Assembly (NCBI GenBank): GCA_043228905.1
Contig: JBHGNT010000009.1
Coordinates: 13,454,001-13,518,000 of the forward strand
Source: Azolla caroliniana
Taxonomy: Eukaryota > Plantae > Polypodiophyta
Length of the DNA: 64,000 nucleotides
Direction of reading: 5' to 3'
Below the pieces are notes generated by a model. That model ran no database searches. It was not told the origin of the DNA and saw only the letters and a list, made by a program, of their open reading frames with translations. Numbering within the stretch: position 1 is the stretch's first letter; every line of letters starts with the position of its first letter. This document shows positions 47,401-59,700 of this stretch, in pieces. Both the position numbers and the translations under genes were made by a program.

Positions 47401-47794
47401 GAGCACTATATTTAGGAAATAAAAGCATAGTGTAAAAAGCAACTCATGCACATTTAGTGTGCATGAACACTTTAGAAAAAACATGAAGCTATGCTTAGCC
47501 TCTTCATCCTTATATAAGGAGGAGAGAAAGATGTATGATGTTGTTGATTCTTTTACAAGGATTGATCAATCTAATATATTCGTGGGATTCACAAGTTTAT
47601 CATCAAAATTCTCTTTCTTACAATCTAAATATTGATTAAATACACTAAACACGTGGGATTCACAAGTTTTATTTCTTACTTCTCTTTCTACCTATTCGTA
47701 ACTAGCCTTATATTGTATTCTTCTTTCTCCTAGTCCAAAACGTCAGTGGTTCCCACCCGACTCACGCAACGATCCGGAGCCAAAAGGCACGACA
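41436..47794 (+). mobile_element. Degenerate copy of the Trp-primed Gypsy, 5'-truncated; 3' LTR 46938-47794
   Basis: Colinear with 26632-33018, with many stops and frameshifts. Confidence 0.93.
41587..41608 (+). repeat. Interstitial plant telomeric repeat, about (CCCTAAA)3
   Basis: CCTAAACCCTAAACCCTAAACC where the intact copy reads CCTTTAACC. Confidence 0.85.
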
Positions 47795-50700
47795 ACGTGA
47801 AAACGGGTGGCAAGGATATGGAGAATCAACAAGAGGTGATGAACACGATTATGATGATGTTTGAGCAAATGCTACAAGAACAACGAGCGTTGTCGGAGAT
47901 TGCGGCGGCAGTAAAGCGGCTCGTACAACGAAATGGACAATTCAACGGAGAGGATGCGTCAAGATATCTACGTGACTACAAGGCGAAGATGATGCGATGT
48001 GAGATACCGGAAGGATTGCAAATGATATCCTTCAATTGGGTAGCCACAGATGAGTTACAAGAGAGAAGCTACAAGATATGGCAACAAAACCCAACATAGG
48101 GGTCCTTTGAAGAAGTTTTACGAGAGGCATATGACTACCAGAGATCGAAGAAACGAGATCGACATGAGTTTGACCAGTGGGTGGCATCAATGAAGACCCA
48201 CCGAAGCGCAACACAAGCATTCCTAGAGTTTGAGCATCATTTTGCTCGACTCTTGGAGTCCTAATGTTTGTAAGATCGATCGATCAGAAAGAAAGGATGG
48301 ACATCGGGATTGAACTCGAAGATGATGACAGTGCAAATGGCCTTACAGAGGATTGGGCTGAAGTCAAAAGAGTATACTGAAGATATGATAACACGAATAG
48401 GAGAATATCGTCGGCAACAACATGGTTTATAAGGCACGACACCTTTGGCGAACCCAACGTGAAAACGGGTGGCAAGGATATGGAGAATCAACAAGAGGTG
48501 ATGAACACGATGATGATGATGTTCGAGCAAAGGCTACAAGAACAACGAGCGATGTTGGAGATCATGGCAGCAGTAAAGCGGCTCATACAACGAAATGGAC
48601 AATTCAATGGAGAGGATGTGTCTAGCTATCTACATGACTACAAGGCGGAGATGATGCAATGTGGGATACCGGAAGGATTGCAAGTGATATCCTTCAATCG
48701 GGTAGCCACAGATGAGTTACAAGAGAGAATCTACAAGATACGGCAACAAAACCCAATATAGGGGTCCTTTGAAGAAGTTTTACGAGAGGCATATGAAGGA
48801 ACGAGATCAACATGAGTTTGACCAGTGGTTGGCATCAATGAAGACCCACTGAAGCGCAACACAAGCACTCCTAGAGTTTGAGCATCGTTTTGCTCGACTC
48901 TCGGAGTCCTAATGTTCGTAAGATCTATCGATCGGAAAGAAAGGATGAACATCGGGATCGAACTCAAAGACGATCACGGTGCACATGGCCTTACAGAGGA
49001 TTGGGCTGAAGTCAAAAGAGTATACTGAAGATATGATAACACGAATAGGAGAATATCGTCGGCAACAACATGGCTTATAAGGGATGATCGATTAAGGATG
49101 AATGATGTGGCTCATACGAGGGCCGAACTACAATTCAACGGTACCACAGGAGAGGGTGTGGAACAAGGTATCCTCTTGTCTTACGAAAGAACAATGGCTA
49201 AGGATAAGACCGATGACTTGAGAGTGGCGAACAACATTTGAAGGGTGGAAGAAGGTTACGGGATACGAGTGTCTGAAACATCGAGTGAGACAGGGGTAAG
49301 CATAATCGATGCTTGCATGATCGAGGGAGGTAAAGAGTGCGAGGCGGGCATGATTGAGGAGGTAGCCATGAAAGATGACAATTTCGGCGAATGCGTTCGA
49401 AAGGCAATGTGAGACCAAAAAGATGGAAGGTGGCAGAGAGAAAACGAAGGTCGAAGCTGATGCATGCGACGGAGAGATAGCCGAGAAGGTGGCTATGGGT
49501 GAAACGACGGAGGACGATAATACCGAGAATTCTTGCCCTCTAATTCTAGAGACTTTGGCGGTTGTGTTTGAGAACCAATGCGAGACCAGAGAGACGGGAG
49601 ATGGCAGCAAAGAAGGTAAAGTCAGAAGCCGGTTCGGATGGAAGATGATCCGTTCGAAATTCCGATCTAAACGAAAGCCGAACCAGGCGGAAGTGGATTC
49701 AGCCGAAATTCGATTGGTCAACCCCGACCCAGACAGAAATTGTTCCACCCGGAAGCCGATCGGACGAGAACAATCCGGAAAGAAGCTAATCCGACTCAAC
49801 CGGAGGTCGAACAGGTCGAAGCCAATGAACACGAGGAAAAGGAAGCCAACCCAAACAAAAACTGATCGGTTGAACCCGAACCGGAAGGGGGCTGACTTAG
49901 GCCAAACCGATCAACTGAGTCTGATTCGGCCGAATGCGAATACGGATGGAAGCCGACCTAGCCGAAAGCGGATCAGACGAGACCGATCCGGAAAGAAGCT
50001 AATCTGACTCAACTGGAGGTGGAAGCAATCGAGGCCAGTGAACATGAGGAAGATGCCAAGCAAGCACACTACCACGGACGACAAGGGCCAAGCAAATTTT
50101 AAGGGTGTTACCAAGGATGAGATCTCGACAAAGGAGGGATCTAGCATGAAGATTGTCAAGTCTAATGCGAGATTGTACAATGAAGGTGGACGAAGTGCGG
50201 AGTGTCTTAACCAAGGAGATGGTCAGAACGAAGGTGGCACATGCATGAGACATGAAGGGTTATGCTCAAGAGCAGCACAATGAGACATGACAATCGGTCA
50301 TGGTAGTGGAAAGAGTAAACAAAGAATATGGTGGATCGGATGGCGACAATGGTTCGGGTGGAAGGAATGGACGTGCTCAAAATGGAGAGACAAAGTCAAC
50401 ATTGCGGGAGAAATAGAGGGTATTACGGATGAAGGAGAATAACGAGTTCCAACAACTTCGGCACATACCGGAGGATGCACGGGTTCGGAGGGGGCGAGTG
50501 GCGTAGTGTATTTTGTACAGTATGTGAAAAATATGAAGAAAAACAAGAAAGTATTAATATATATATTACATGCATAGGGCAAGATTTGAACCTTGTAACT
50601 CCATGTTAATAATTTGAAACCTTACCATTATACTAACACATCATGAGTGTTAAAAACGTAGATATCCCATATAGAAATGTTACTTCACGCATATTTTCTA

Positions 50701-51238
50701 GGAAATAGCTTTAGTTACAAAAAAAAAACACATGATAAAAGAGAAGAAGTTACAGGTGCACATCTAGCATGCATGAACACTATAGTCGATAAAAAAATGC
50801 ATGAGGTTAGAAAAAGCATGATTACTTTTAAAGAAAGCATATAGTCTATAGATAGATAAAGCATGGAGTCCATAGTTAGAGAAAAGGATGAATTTCTAAG
50901 CCTCTCTCATCACTATATAAGGATGAGGAGCACAATGTAATGTGGGTGGAATATTTGGAAATTGAATATGTTTCTAAATAATAATTAATACACTATACTT
51001 GTGGGATTCATGAGTTTTCTCTATATGTAAGGGATGTTGATTCTTACTTGGATATTATTAGGGTTAAATATTAATAAAATAAAAAAACTATATTCATGGG
51101 ATTCACAAATTTCTATCTCTTGCTTATAGACTATTCTATTCATAAATAAACTCATCTCAAATTCTTCCTCTTCCTAGTCCAAAACCTCAGTGGTTCCTAC
51201 CCGCCTCACACTACGATCCAGCACCGAAAGGCACAATA
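47795..51238 (+). mobile_element. Non-autonomous derivative with tandemly duplicated gag start, unknown ORF, hairpin/PPT and 3' LTR (50499-51238)
   Basis: gag start repeated (47795-48432 and about 48457-49082); PBS at about 48446; no pol; right flank CCGG. Confidence 0.8.
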
Positions 51239-53209
51239 CCGGATTGTAGGCAGTCGTGAGGGAGAGCTTCACGCGTAGTGGCTCGAAGAGCTCCATTGTT
51301 ACGCATGCATCCAGCTCCCTTCGGTAAGCCACTATCTTTCCCACATATCCATATTGGCATATGACCTGTTTGAGTAGAAATTTGCAAACAACTAATGTCG
51401 TTTTATTTGCCAAGGCTCGTTCGTCCCTCTACCTGATTTGTCAGGTTTTCTCTTGCTAGTACTAAGTACTTCATCTGTCCCTATCCCATTGGCATGGAGA
51501 CCACATCCATCATCCATTTGAAGTGTATGGTGAGTGGGTATTCCAGTTGTAACTCATCACAGTGACATATGTTCAAATGTACTTGGTAGTTTTCGCATGT
51601 GGTCACAAACTGAAGTACATCTTTGTACATGCTCGGCCACAAGTACTTCTCCATCAGCTTTACGAACGTCGCCCATGTTCCTCTATGACCTGCCCAAGGA
51701 CTCTTGTGGAATTCAGACATCAGTGTCGCTTGGTCCTCTCTTTTCACCACTACTCGACGTGGCGTTCTTGTCCTTTTGTTTGGGTGGCGCCACAGGAATC
51801 CTCCGTTCAGAAAGTATTGGTAAGCTTTCTTCTGGATTCGTAGCGCCTCTTCCTTTGTCCACGAAGCATCTGCCATCATTTTTCTCAAGAACTTGCTGAT
51901 AAATAACGACTCTTCTTTGTACTCATTCTCATTGAAGGCGTGGAGGTTTGGCGTATTCTTGTTTTCCGCCGATAGTCAGGCCGTCTTGAAGAAGTCGAGG
52001 GTGATGTCTTCATCGTCCGAAACCATGTCGCTTTCATTCTCGAATCTTGCTCTTGACATCACGTCATCCATGACATTCTTCTTTCCTACAATGTGGCGGA
52101 TCTCTGGGTTTAAAGACTTGATATAGGCGATCCACCTTAACATCGCCAGATCTAGTGTCACAGATCCTGAGATCATTCCAAGCATTAGGAGACAATCCGT
52201 CTCAATTATCACTTTCGACCCGATCAAGTAGTCTTTGTCTACCTTCACCGCATACACAATACCCAAAGTTCTCGCTTGACTTAGGAGTATCCTTGCTATC
52301 GTTCGCTAAGGATTTTTGCTCCGAACCGGATGGCATACCGTGTACTATCCTCTCCTTCTTGGTTGATGACCCACCCAATTCCGATTGGACTCGTATCCAT
52401 AGCTACATAAATCGGCCTTCCATAGTGCTGGAGCATCAATAAGTAGTTTCAGCAATTTTCATATCGCATTTGTATGCTCCTCTCGCCATTCGATCTTCTT
52501 CCTTTTATTTAGCAATCCATATAATGGCTTGGTGACATGAGCGTAGTGCGGAATCCAGATATGATAAAAGGCACACGCTCCCAAGAATCTTCGCACCTCA
52601 GTTTGGGATATACATTCTTCTCACATCTCTTGAATAGCATTCACCTTCTCAGAAGAGGGTTTACGTTTGTATGGTCTGCAAAGATGTCCCAGTATGGACA
52701 TCAAGTTGGCTGAATGCCAACTTGTCTCTGGAGAATTTGAGCCCTGCTCCTTCTAGTCTTTGTAGCACTCTCTCACAGTCTTCAATATGGTTTGAACCAA
52801 ATCTTCGACATCCATCTTGATCAAAAGACTCATCCTTTTCTGATTGAGGGCACCCTTTTATAGGGATATCATTGAGGCAAGGAATCGTAATATCTAGGAT
52901 GCAATCCCGTAGTACTTTGTTCATGGCATTCACCATGTGTGTTACAAAGTTGGTTGCACCTTGAGGTAGGGTGCACATCTGTACCAATCCACTTAGGGTC
53001 CTCATTGTTGTGATGTCTCTGTTGTTAACTGCTAGTTGAAACTGATCCTAGCCCGAGTAGAGATCACCAATAGAATAAATGGGCCTTCCCCCAAATGCTT
53101 CTGCGAACTCATAGATATTTGGACCAATATCGGCATTGCGGATTGTCACTTTATTCACTAGTTGGAAATCTTGTATGAACCTTAAGGTTCCATTCTTCTT
53201 TGGTACTGT

Positions 53210-53981
53210 TGTTGCGAAGATGCGCGTGCGTGCGTGCTTTGCTTGAGTGGGACCCCTGGGGTCTCAGACCGGGGAGGACGTTCGCGAAATTGTCGAAAAG
53301 ATGACGATGTGTATCTAGGAGTCGAGGAAACTAATGTCACACTTGTGAAGATCAAAGATTTCTTATACTTGAGAAGAAGATAGATGTCAAGAAGAAGAAT
53401 AAGAAGAGTATTATATTATTATTGATGATGATGATCTCCAAATTGACCACCCCCCCCTTTACACAAGCCTTATGAGGGTTTTTATAGGTCTATCCATGCT
53501 TCTAACATGCACAAAACCATGGGCTTGGACCCATGGTTTTTGGGCACACGGTTTTTCTTGTGGCATGCACAAAACCATGGGCTTGGACCCATGGTTTTTG
53601 GGTACACGGTTTTTCTTGTGCCATGCACAAAACCATGGGCTTGGACCCATGGTTTTTGGGCACACGGTTTTTCTTGTGGCATGCACAAAACCATGGGCTT
53701 GGAACATGGTTTTGTGCAGACGATTTTGTACGGTTGTTTTCCTATTCCTTTGGAATATGAAAAGAAATACATAAATCTAAAGTACTTGGTAGTAGCCCTA
53801 ATGGTAAGATAAATTTCTTCTATCTTGGAGGTGCAAGGTTTAAATCTTGCTGGCACCCCTCTATATGCACTCGAATGCCACTAGGCCCTAGGATAATTTT
53901 CATATTTATAATCATTTGTGTAATGTGCATGGAACTACACTATTTCACAAATTCTCCCCTTGGACACGCAACATCACGACA
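53210..53981 (-). repeat. Solo LTR inserted in RT, TSD CTGT/CCGT
   Basis: TG..CA ends; removing it restores WFTVPKKNG. Confidence 0.88.
53506..53718. repeat. About 3.7 x 58-bp tandem repeat, each unit with an 11-bp inverted repeat
   Basis: AAAACCATGGG-CTTGGA-CCCATGGTTTT; units start at 53506, 53564, 53622 and 53680. Confidence 0.95.
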
Positions 53982-54565
53982 CCGTGAACCACATATTCGA
54001 GTAAGGAGCTTCGACGGCTCTAGAATTCCCATCTCGACCTTCTCTTTCAAGAGCGTGATTAAACACTTTGTTTTCCAATCGGGACGAAGTTATGTATGGT
54101 TGCCCAAGAATGATAGGATGGGATGCCGAATCTTGAACAAAAAAATGTTGATCTATCTCGACATCACCAATCGTGATGGGGATACTAGGACATGCACCAT
54201 ACATGTCTTCGGTAGCTTTCGTAGACGCATGGATCTTCCACCCATGATTCGTATTTATGGGCGATCTTCCCTTTTTGTAGAGCTCAGTCGACATAAGGTT
54301 GATCTCGGACCCATGGTCTATTAAAGCTACGACTGCCTCTTTTTTCTCTCCCAATTTTACAAGCGTCTCTGTCGTCGCTTGTCCCCAAGGAGGCCGAGTA
54401 TAGTGGTTGTCCACCATATCTTCATTGACTTCGTCCCTTGCCATCGTTATGGCATTTGATTCTGCTTTTTGTGGCTTCTCTTCTTCCTCATCGGATTGTT
54501 GCCTTTTTCTCTTAACGAGGTCCACAATCGTACCATGGAACTCCTTCATAATGCTGAGCAATTCC

Positions 54566-54759
54566 TGTTGAATACGGGTGTCTAATGGACGTATTCACAT
54601 TTTCTCCTTTTCTACACACTAGGCATAGACTATTTATGTAAATACTGAGAAGGGCAGTTGCCCTAAGTCAGTCAGTATATAAACTGACTTTGTAACCTAG
54701 TTAAACGTTGTTGTTGTTGCTCTTTGTTCTATTGCCTAATATACAACTAGTTTGTTGTG

Positions 54760-54804
<45 letters not shown>

Positions 54805-56705
54805 CGTGCTCTTCAACATCTTGTTTAACGTTTCCATCTACCATTGATCTTTATGTCTACATACACCACTTCACGATCATCATATAGAAGAGTTTCGCTT
54901 AATTTCTGCATTCAAAGGCGGCCCTTTCCCAACATCTGGTATCAGAGCCCGGTTTCTGTTCGAGCTTGCTGTTGCCTCCTATCTTAGCCTCTAAAAAGAG
55001 ATCTTAGCTAGTCACGGCAGGCAAATCACAACGAGATTGTTCTTGCAAAGAGAAACGTAACGAAGTCATCACTTCATTGTTCTAGATCACTCTCGGTTTC
55101 TGGTTGTAACCATTCGGAGTGGGACTTCTACCTTGATTTGGCCAAATTATTGCTTCAATCGACTAGGCGGAAATTGAATAGGTCATTTGACGCTACTCTC
55201 CTACTCGTCGTAGTCACCTGAAGCAAACACGACTCCAGGGGCAACCTTAATTCGTGTTTCATTCGGCTAGATGACATTCAGGAGGACCAGTTGGTTCCGT
55301 CCCTCTCATCGTTGTAGTCAACCGAAACAGAATCGGCCTGGAGTATTGCATAGAATCGGTGTTGGGAGATTTCAGAGAAATTGAATCATCAAATCCTAGT
55401 TCAACTCGATTAAGTCAGTTGACTGTAGTTACTCTGAATAGGATTCACGGTTCTTCGTAATCAACACGACTTGTGTTCAACTTCGGATAGAACGACATCG
55501 AGTGGGCTAGGCTGTCGCACTCCACCACAGTTCGTAGCTAACTCAGGACAAAATTCTATTATACCAACACGCATGGCTTCAACATCCGGCTCGTCAGAGA
55601 TGAGTCTACGGAAGTTTGATGGATTGAACTTCAACTTCTGGAAGGAGCAAATGCAAGACTACTTGACAGTCAAGGGCCAGATTGACCCCATTGAGAATGA
55701 AGATCCTCCAGAAGGATACAAACCAATCAAGTGGTAGAAGTTGGACAGAATCATTCGCGCCACAATTCGGATGCACCTATCAGAATCTATATATTTCACG
55801 GTGCAATCGTGTACGACAGCCTTCCAACTATGGAAGACCCTGACGGACACTTACAAAAAGAAAGTCGCCGCCACGAAGATATTCCTGATTTAGCGTCTCT
55901 ACAATCTTCGGATGAAGGAATCCGATTCGGTCCAGGCAAGAAATAGTCGACAGTCGCACTATCGAGCACGGAAGCCGAATACAGGGGCGCGACAGTCGCT
56001 GCATGCAAAGCTGTATGGCTTAAACGTATACTAAAAGATCTAGGCATACCCATCAAAGATCCAATATGCCTGTACTGCGACAACATGAGTAGTATCTACC
56101 TCGCACGCAACCTCGTATTTCATGGGCAGACTAAACACATCGAAGTGCACTACCACTTCATCCGCGAGCGCGTCCGGGCCGGAGAAATTGACCTCCAACA
56201 CATCAGCACACACCTACAAGTCGTTGATATCTTTACGAAGGCCTTAGGCATCGACAAGCTCGGGCAATTTGCATCGGATCTTCGTCTCACGTCATTCACA
56301 TTACTGAGCTTGAGGGAGGGAGTACATGGATAACGCAACACGGATAGGCTACGCAATATGCTAGACAAGTCGAAGTACGAACCGAATGACTTTCCGAGAG
56401 ATGGAAGTTGTGTTCGAAGGGATGTGTTGAGAATCGAACTCAACTTCCCATAGATAGGTTTCATACTAGCTCATGGACATCCCAGGCTAGTTTTGTAAAT
56501 AAGTAGAAATGGCACTTGCCCTAGCTTAGTTGGTATATAAACCAACTCATTGTAACTTAGTTTTTTTGTTGGATGTTTTATGTTTTGATATAGTTTATCT
56601 ATCTCTGTCTTAAGAGCTCTCATTCTCTCTATCTTGTTACACACACACACACACAGTCATCTTCCGCTGCACTACAACCACTCTTGCCTCCTCTTTTCTT
56701 TACAA
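54566..56705 (+). mobile_element. Internally deleted or chimeric Copia: LTR 54566-54934, Met PBS, gag start joined to RNase H end, second LTR from 56425
   Basis: TGGTATCAGAGC at 54937; KFDGLNFNFWKEQM; junction near 55940 into STVALSSTEAEY..TKHIEVHYHFIRE; (CT)n in the first LTR. Confidence 0.8.
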
Positions 56706-59700
56706 TCATCAACCATGGGCTTGGGAGACTACGACCGAGAAGGGAATCGATGCAGCCATGGTGGAGTAGTTGCTGAAGGAGATAGAGAATCAAAAAATTG
56801 CAGTGGTGAAGAAATCGGAAGACCGTCCCACAAGTTCCAAGTATATAGACGGTCGGTGCATATGGAGCACTGAACATGATCGGAAGGATTGCGATGATTA
56901 CAAGGAGGCGCTATGACGGGATCTTATCTACTACGAGGGAAATCAGATTCATTCGATGGACTCTCGGAATCCACTCCGGCCAAACTTCTGAAAGGGCGGC
57001 ATGAAGAAGGTCCTAGAGGAGGAGATAGTGGCGAAAAGCAATTATGTGTCAACCACGGAAATATGTGGGGGAGTCATCTGGAGCAAAGACATCTTTTTGG
57101 CCGGAAGTGCTAGAAATCTCGGAGAAAGCCAACCTTGATGAAATCTACAGCACCGCAGAAGGCATCCAGGAAGCTACGGGATGGGAGTGCCTCGTAGATA
57201 AGAATAGGATACATGTGTTATGTCAATTGCATGAGGTGTATGTAGATGAGAAACGGCGGTGCGCGGATGATGCGGTTGGGCCATCAAAGACACCGGAGAG
57301 CTGGAACTCCTAAGGGAAGGGGAAAGGAAAAACAATTCCGGCATTCAAATCTCATTTTGAACATCGAACAATGGACGGACCTAAAGAAGATGTTCGCAGA
57401 GAGAATCCTTGATATTCGGGTGGAATTTTCTCTCTGGGAATTACTTGGAATAGCGAAGAAGGAGTTCCATGATCTTCTTATGGATCTCGTAAACAGAAAG
57501 AGGCAAACTACGGAGGGAAATTCTCCAAGGGTGAATGTGAATACCATTCTAATGAACGACACATAAGTGGAGGATGAAACTTTGAGCTCCCACTACACAA
57601 GCCCACACTGGGCACGCACACCTACGGAGACTCTGGTGTGAATCGAAAACGTGAAAGAGCCCGTACCAGAATTGATTGATCATGGGTCATAGATCAATTT
57701 GATGTCCAAGGAGTTCTACCGGACGGGGAAGTGCCTTATAAACACTAGCCATGGATGGAAGATCCGAGCAGTCACAAAAGCCGCGGAAGATCTATTTGCG
57801 GCTTGTCCGGATGTGATGGTGAAGATCGGTGATGTGGAGATTGACCAAAATTTCTTCGTGCAAGATGAGGTCTCACATTCCGTAATCCTTGGGCAACCCT
57901 TTATCATGACTTCACAAATGGAGACAAAGGTGCTCGATAGCGGAGTAGCTTTTGCACGAATTCGGAGCCAAAGCGGAGGAAAAACCATCCAATTCCTAAT
58001 TGTGCCATCGAATCACGAAAGGAATAAGAGAGAGCTCTTGTCCCAAACAAAAATGGATTTTTAAAGCGGACTGTTGTGAAGTGGGGAAGTGATAGTCCGA
58101 GAAGCCCTGATACCCCATACAGGAACAAAACTCTCGGAGCAAAACAACATCAAATCGGTCCGGGTGGGGCATCTACATACACGGCCGTAACCAGAGTAAT
58201 GAAGAAAGAATTTCGAAAGGTACAACATGAGTTACGGTTTGCATCAATCATAAAAGAAGAAGAAGAGATAGTGGGAGTAGTCAAAGAAGTGTTCTATGGG
58301 AGCACGCTACAACAGCTTGAAGAGCTTGCGGAAGAGAATAGCCAGGGAGACTGGGTAGTCCCAGTGGCATTGGTCAACATGTACGATACCATTGCGAAAA
58401 TGGGCCCGGATTCACTCTGCAAAGAAGAAGCATGGTATGTACAAAATATAAGACCGTGGGAAAGAAGGTGAAACCGTTCGTGAGACTGCTACCCGCCAAT
58501 AGCGAACAAAAGAGGAAAGAAGTCTCGAGAGATCCGACACTTCGGAAGTTCGTGGATATCGGACATGCCTTCACGAATGAGACCTGGAAGAAACTTCGGA
58601 TTGGTGGAGGTGGGTTCCTCTTAAAGAATGAAGAAGAACGATTCCATGAGATGTTGGAGCAACATGGAAAAGCATTCACATTCACACCAAAAGAGATAGG
58701 GTATGTTGATCCAAAGATAGTGGAGCCGATGGTGATCTTCACGATTGATCATGTGCCGTGGAACTTGAAGCTAATTACGGTGCCACGACACATATTCGAA
58801 AAATCATTGAATTGCTCAAAGAAAAGGTGGCGATGGGGATTCTAGAGCCATCAAACGCTCCGTACTCAAATCGATGGTTTACGGTTCCTAAGAAGAATGA
58901 GTCACTCCGATTCATTCAAGATTTGCAACCGGTGAACAAGGTCACGATCCGGAACTCCGGAGTCAGTCCGATAGTGGACGAATTTGCGAAAGCGTTTGCT
59001 GGATGCGCGATATACTCCATCGAAGACCTATACTTCGGCTATGACCAATTCCAACTAGCCGTGGAGAGCCGAGATATTACTACAATGCGAACACCGATAG
59101 GACTAGTTCGGATGTGCACGCTACGACAAGGAGCAACAAACTCGGTCGCACATATGATGAATGTGATGAACAAGGTGCTCCGAGACTGCATTCCGGAGAT
59201 AACAATGTCGTTCCTAGATGACATTCCGATGAAAGGATGTGCGGTGGAAGAAAAAGATGAAACTATGGATGATCGAGGATGCTGAAAGTTTGTAGTTGAC
59301 CATATTCGCAATTGCGAGAAAGTGCTACGGAAGTTAGAAGATGTGCACCTAACACTCTCTAGAGAGAAATCGGCATTCAGACAAGAAGAGATATTGGCAG
59401 TCGGACATCTATGTGGGCCCTACGGCCGAAGACTGTCGCCAGTCAAGATTGATGTGATTCAAGCTATCAAAGAAATATGTGAATGACAATCCGAAGTTCA
59501 TAGATTTCTTGGTGCATGTGCATTTTATCATATATGGATTCCGCACTATGCACACATTGCGGACCCCCTCTATCACTTGGTGCGGAAGGGTAAGAAGTTC
59601 GAATGGAGGCCGGAACATACCAAAGCCATGAAGAAGGTCAAGAAAACACTACGGAGAACATAAACACTTAAGAAGCCAAACTATGACCGACCGATCATAG

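Larger units (their letters stand above)
51243..54565 (-). pseudogene. pol: Degenerate gag-PR/RT/RH/INT of a diverged relative of the same Gypsy lineage, interrupted by a solo LTR
   Basis: ALIDHGSEINL, MCTLPQGATN, IETDC, WAGHRGTWATF, LTTAYNP. Confidence 0.88.

Noticed and set aside
53506-53718. CRISPR-like palindromic repeats
   Set aside because: Intervening sequences are near-identical (no unique spacers), there are no cas genes, and the array lies inside a eukaryotic LTR.
54764-54801. (CT)n, and similar (GA)n/(CA)n tracts near 17760, 56638 and 62387
   Set aside because: Ordinary LTR-associated microsatellites.
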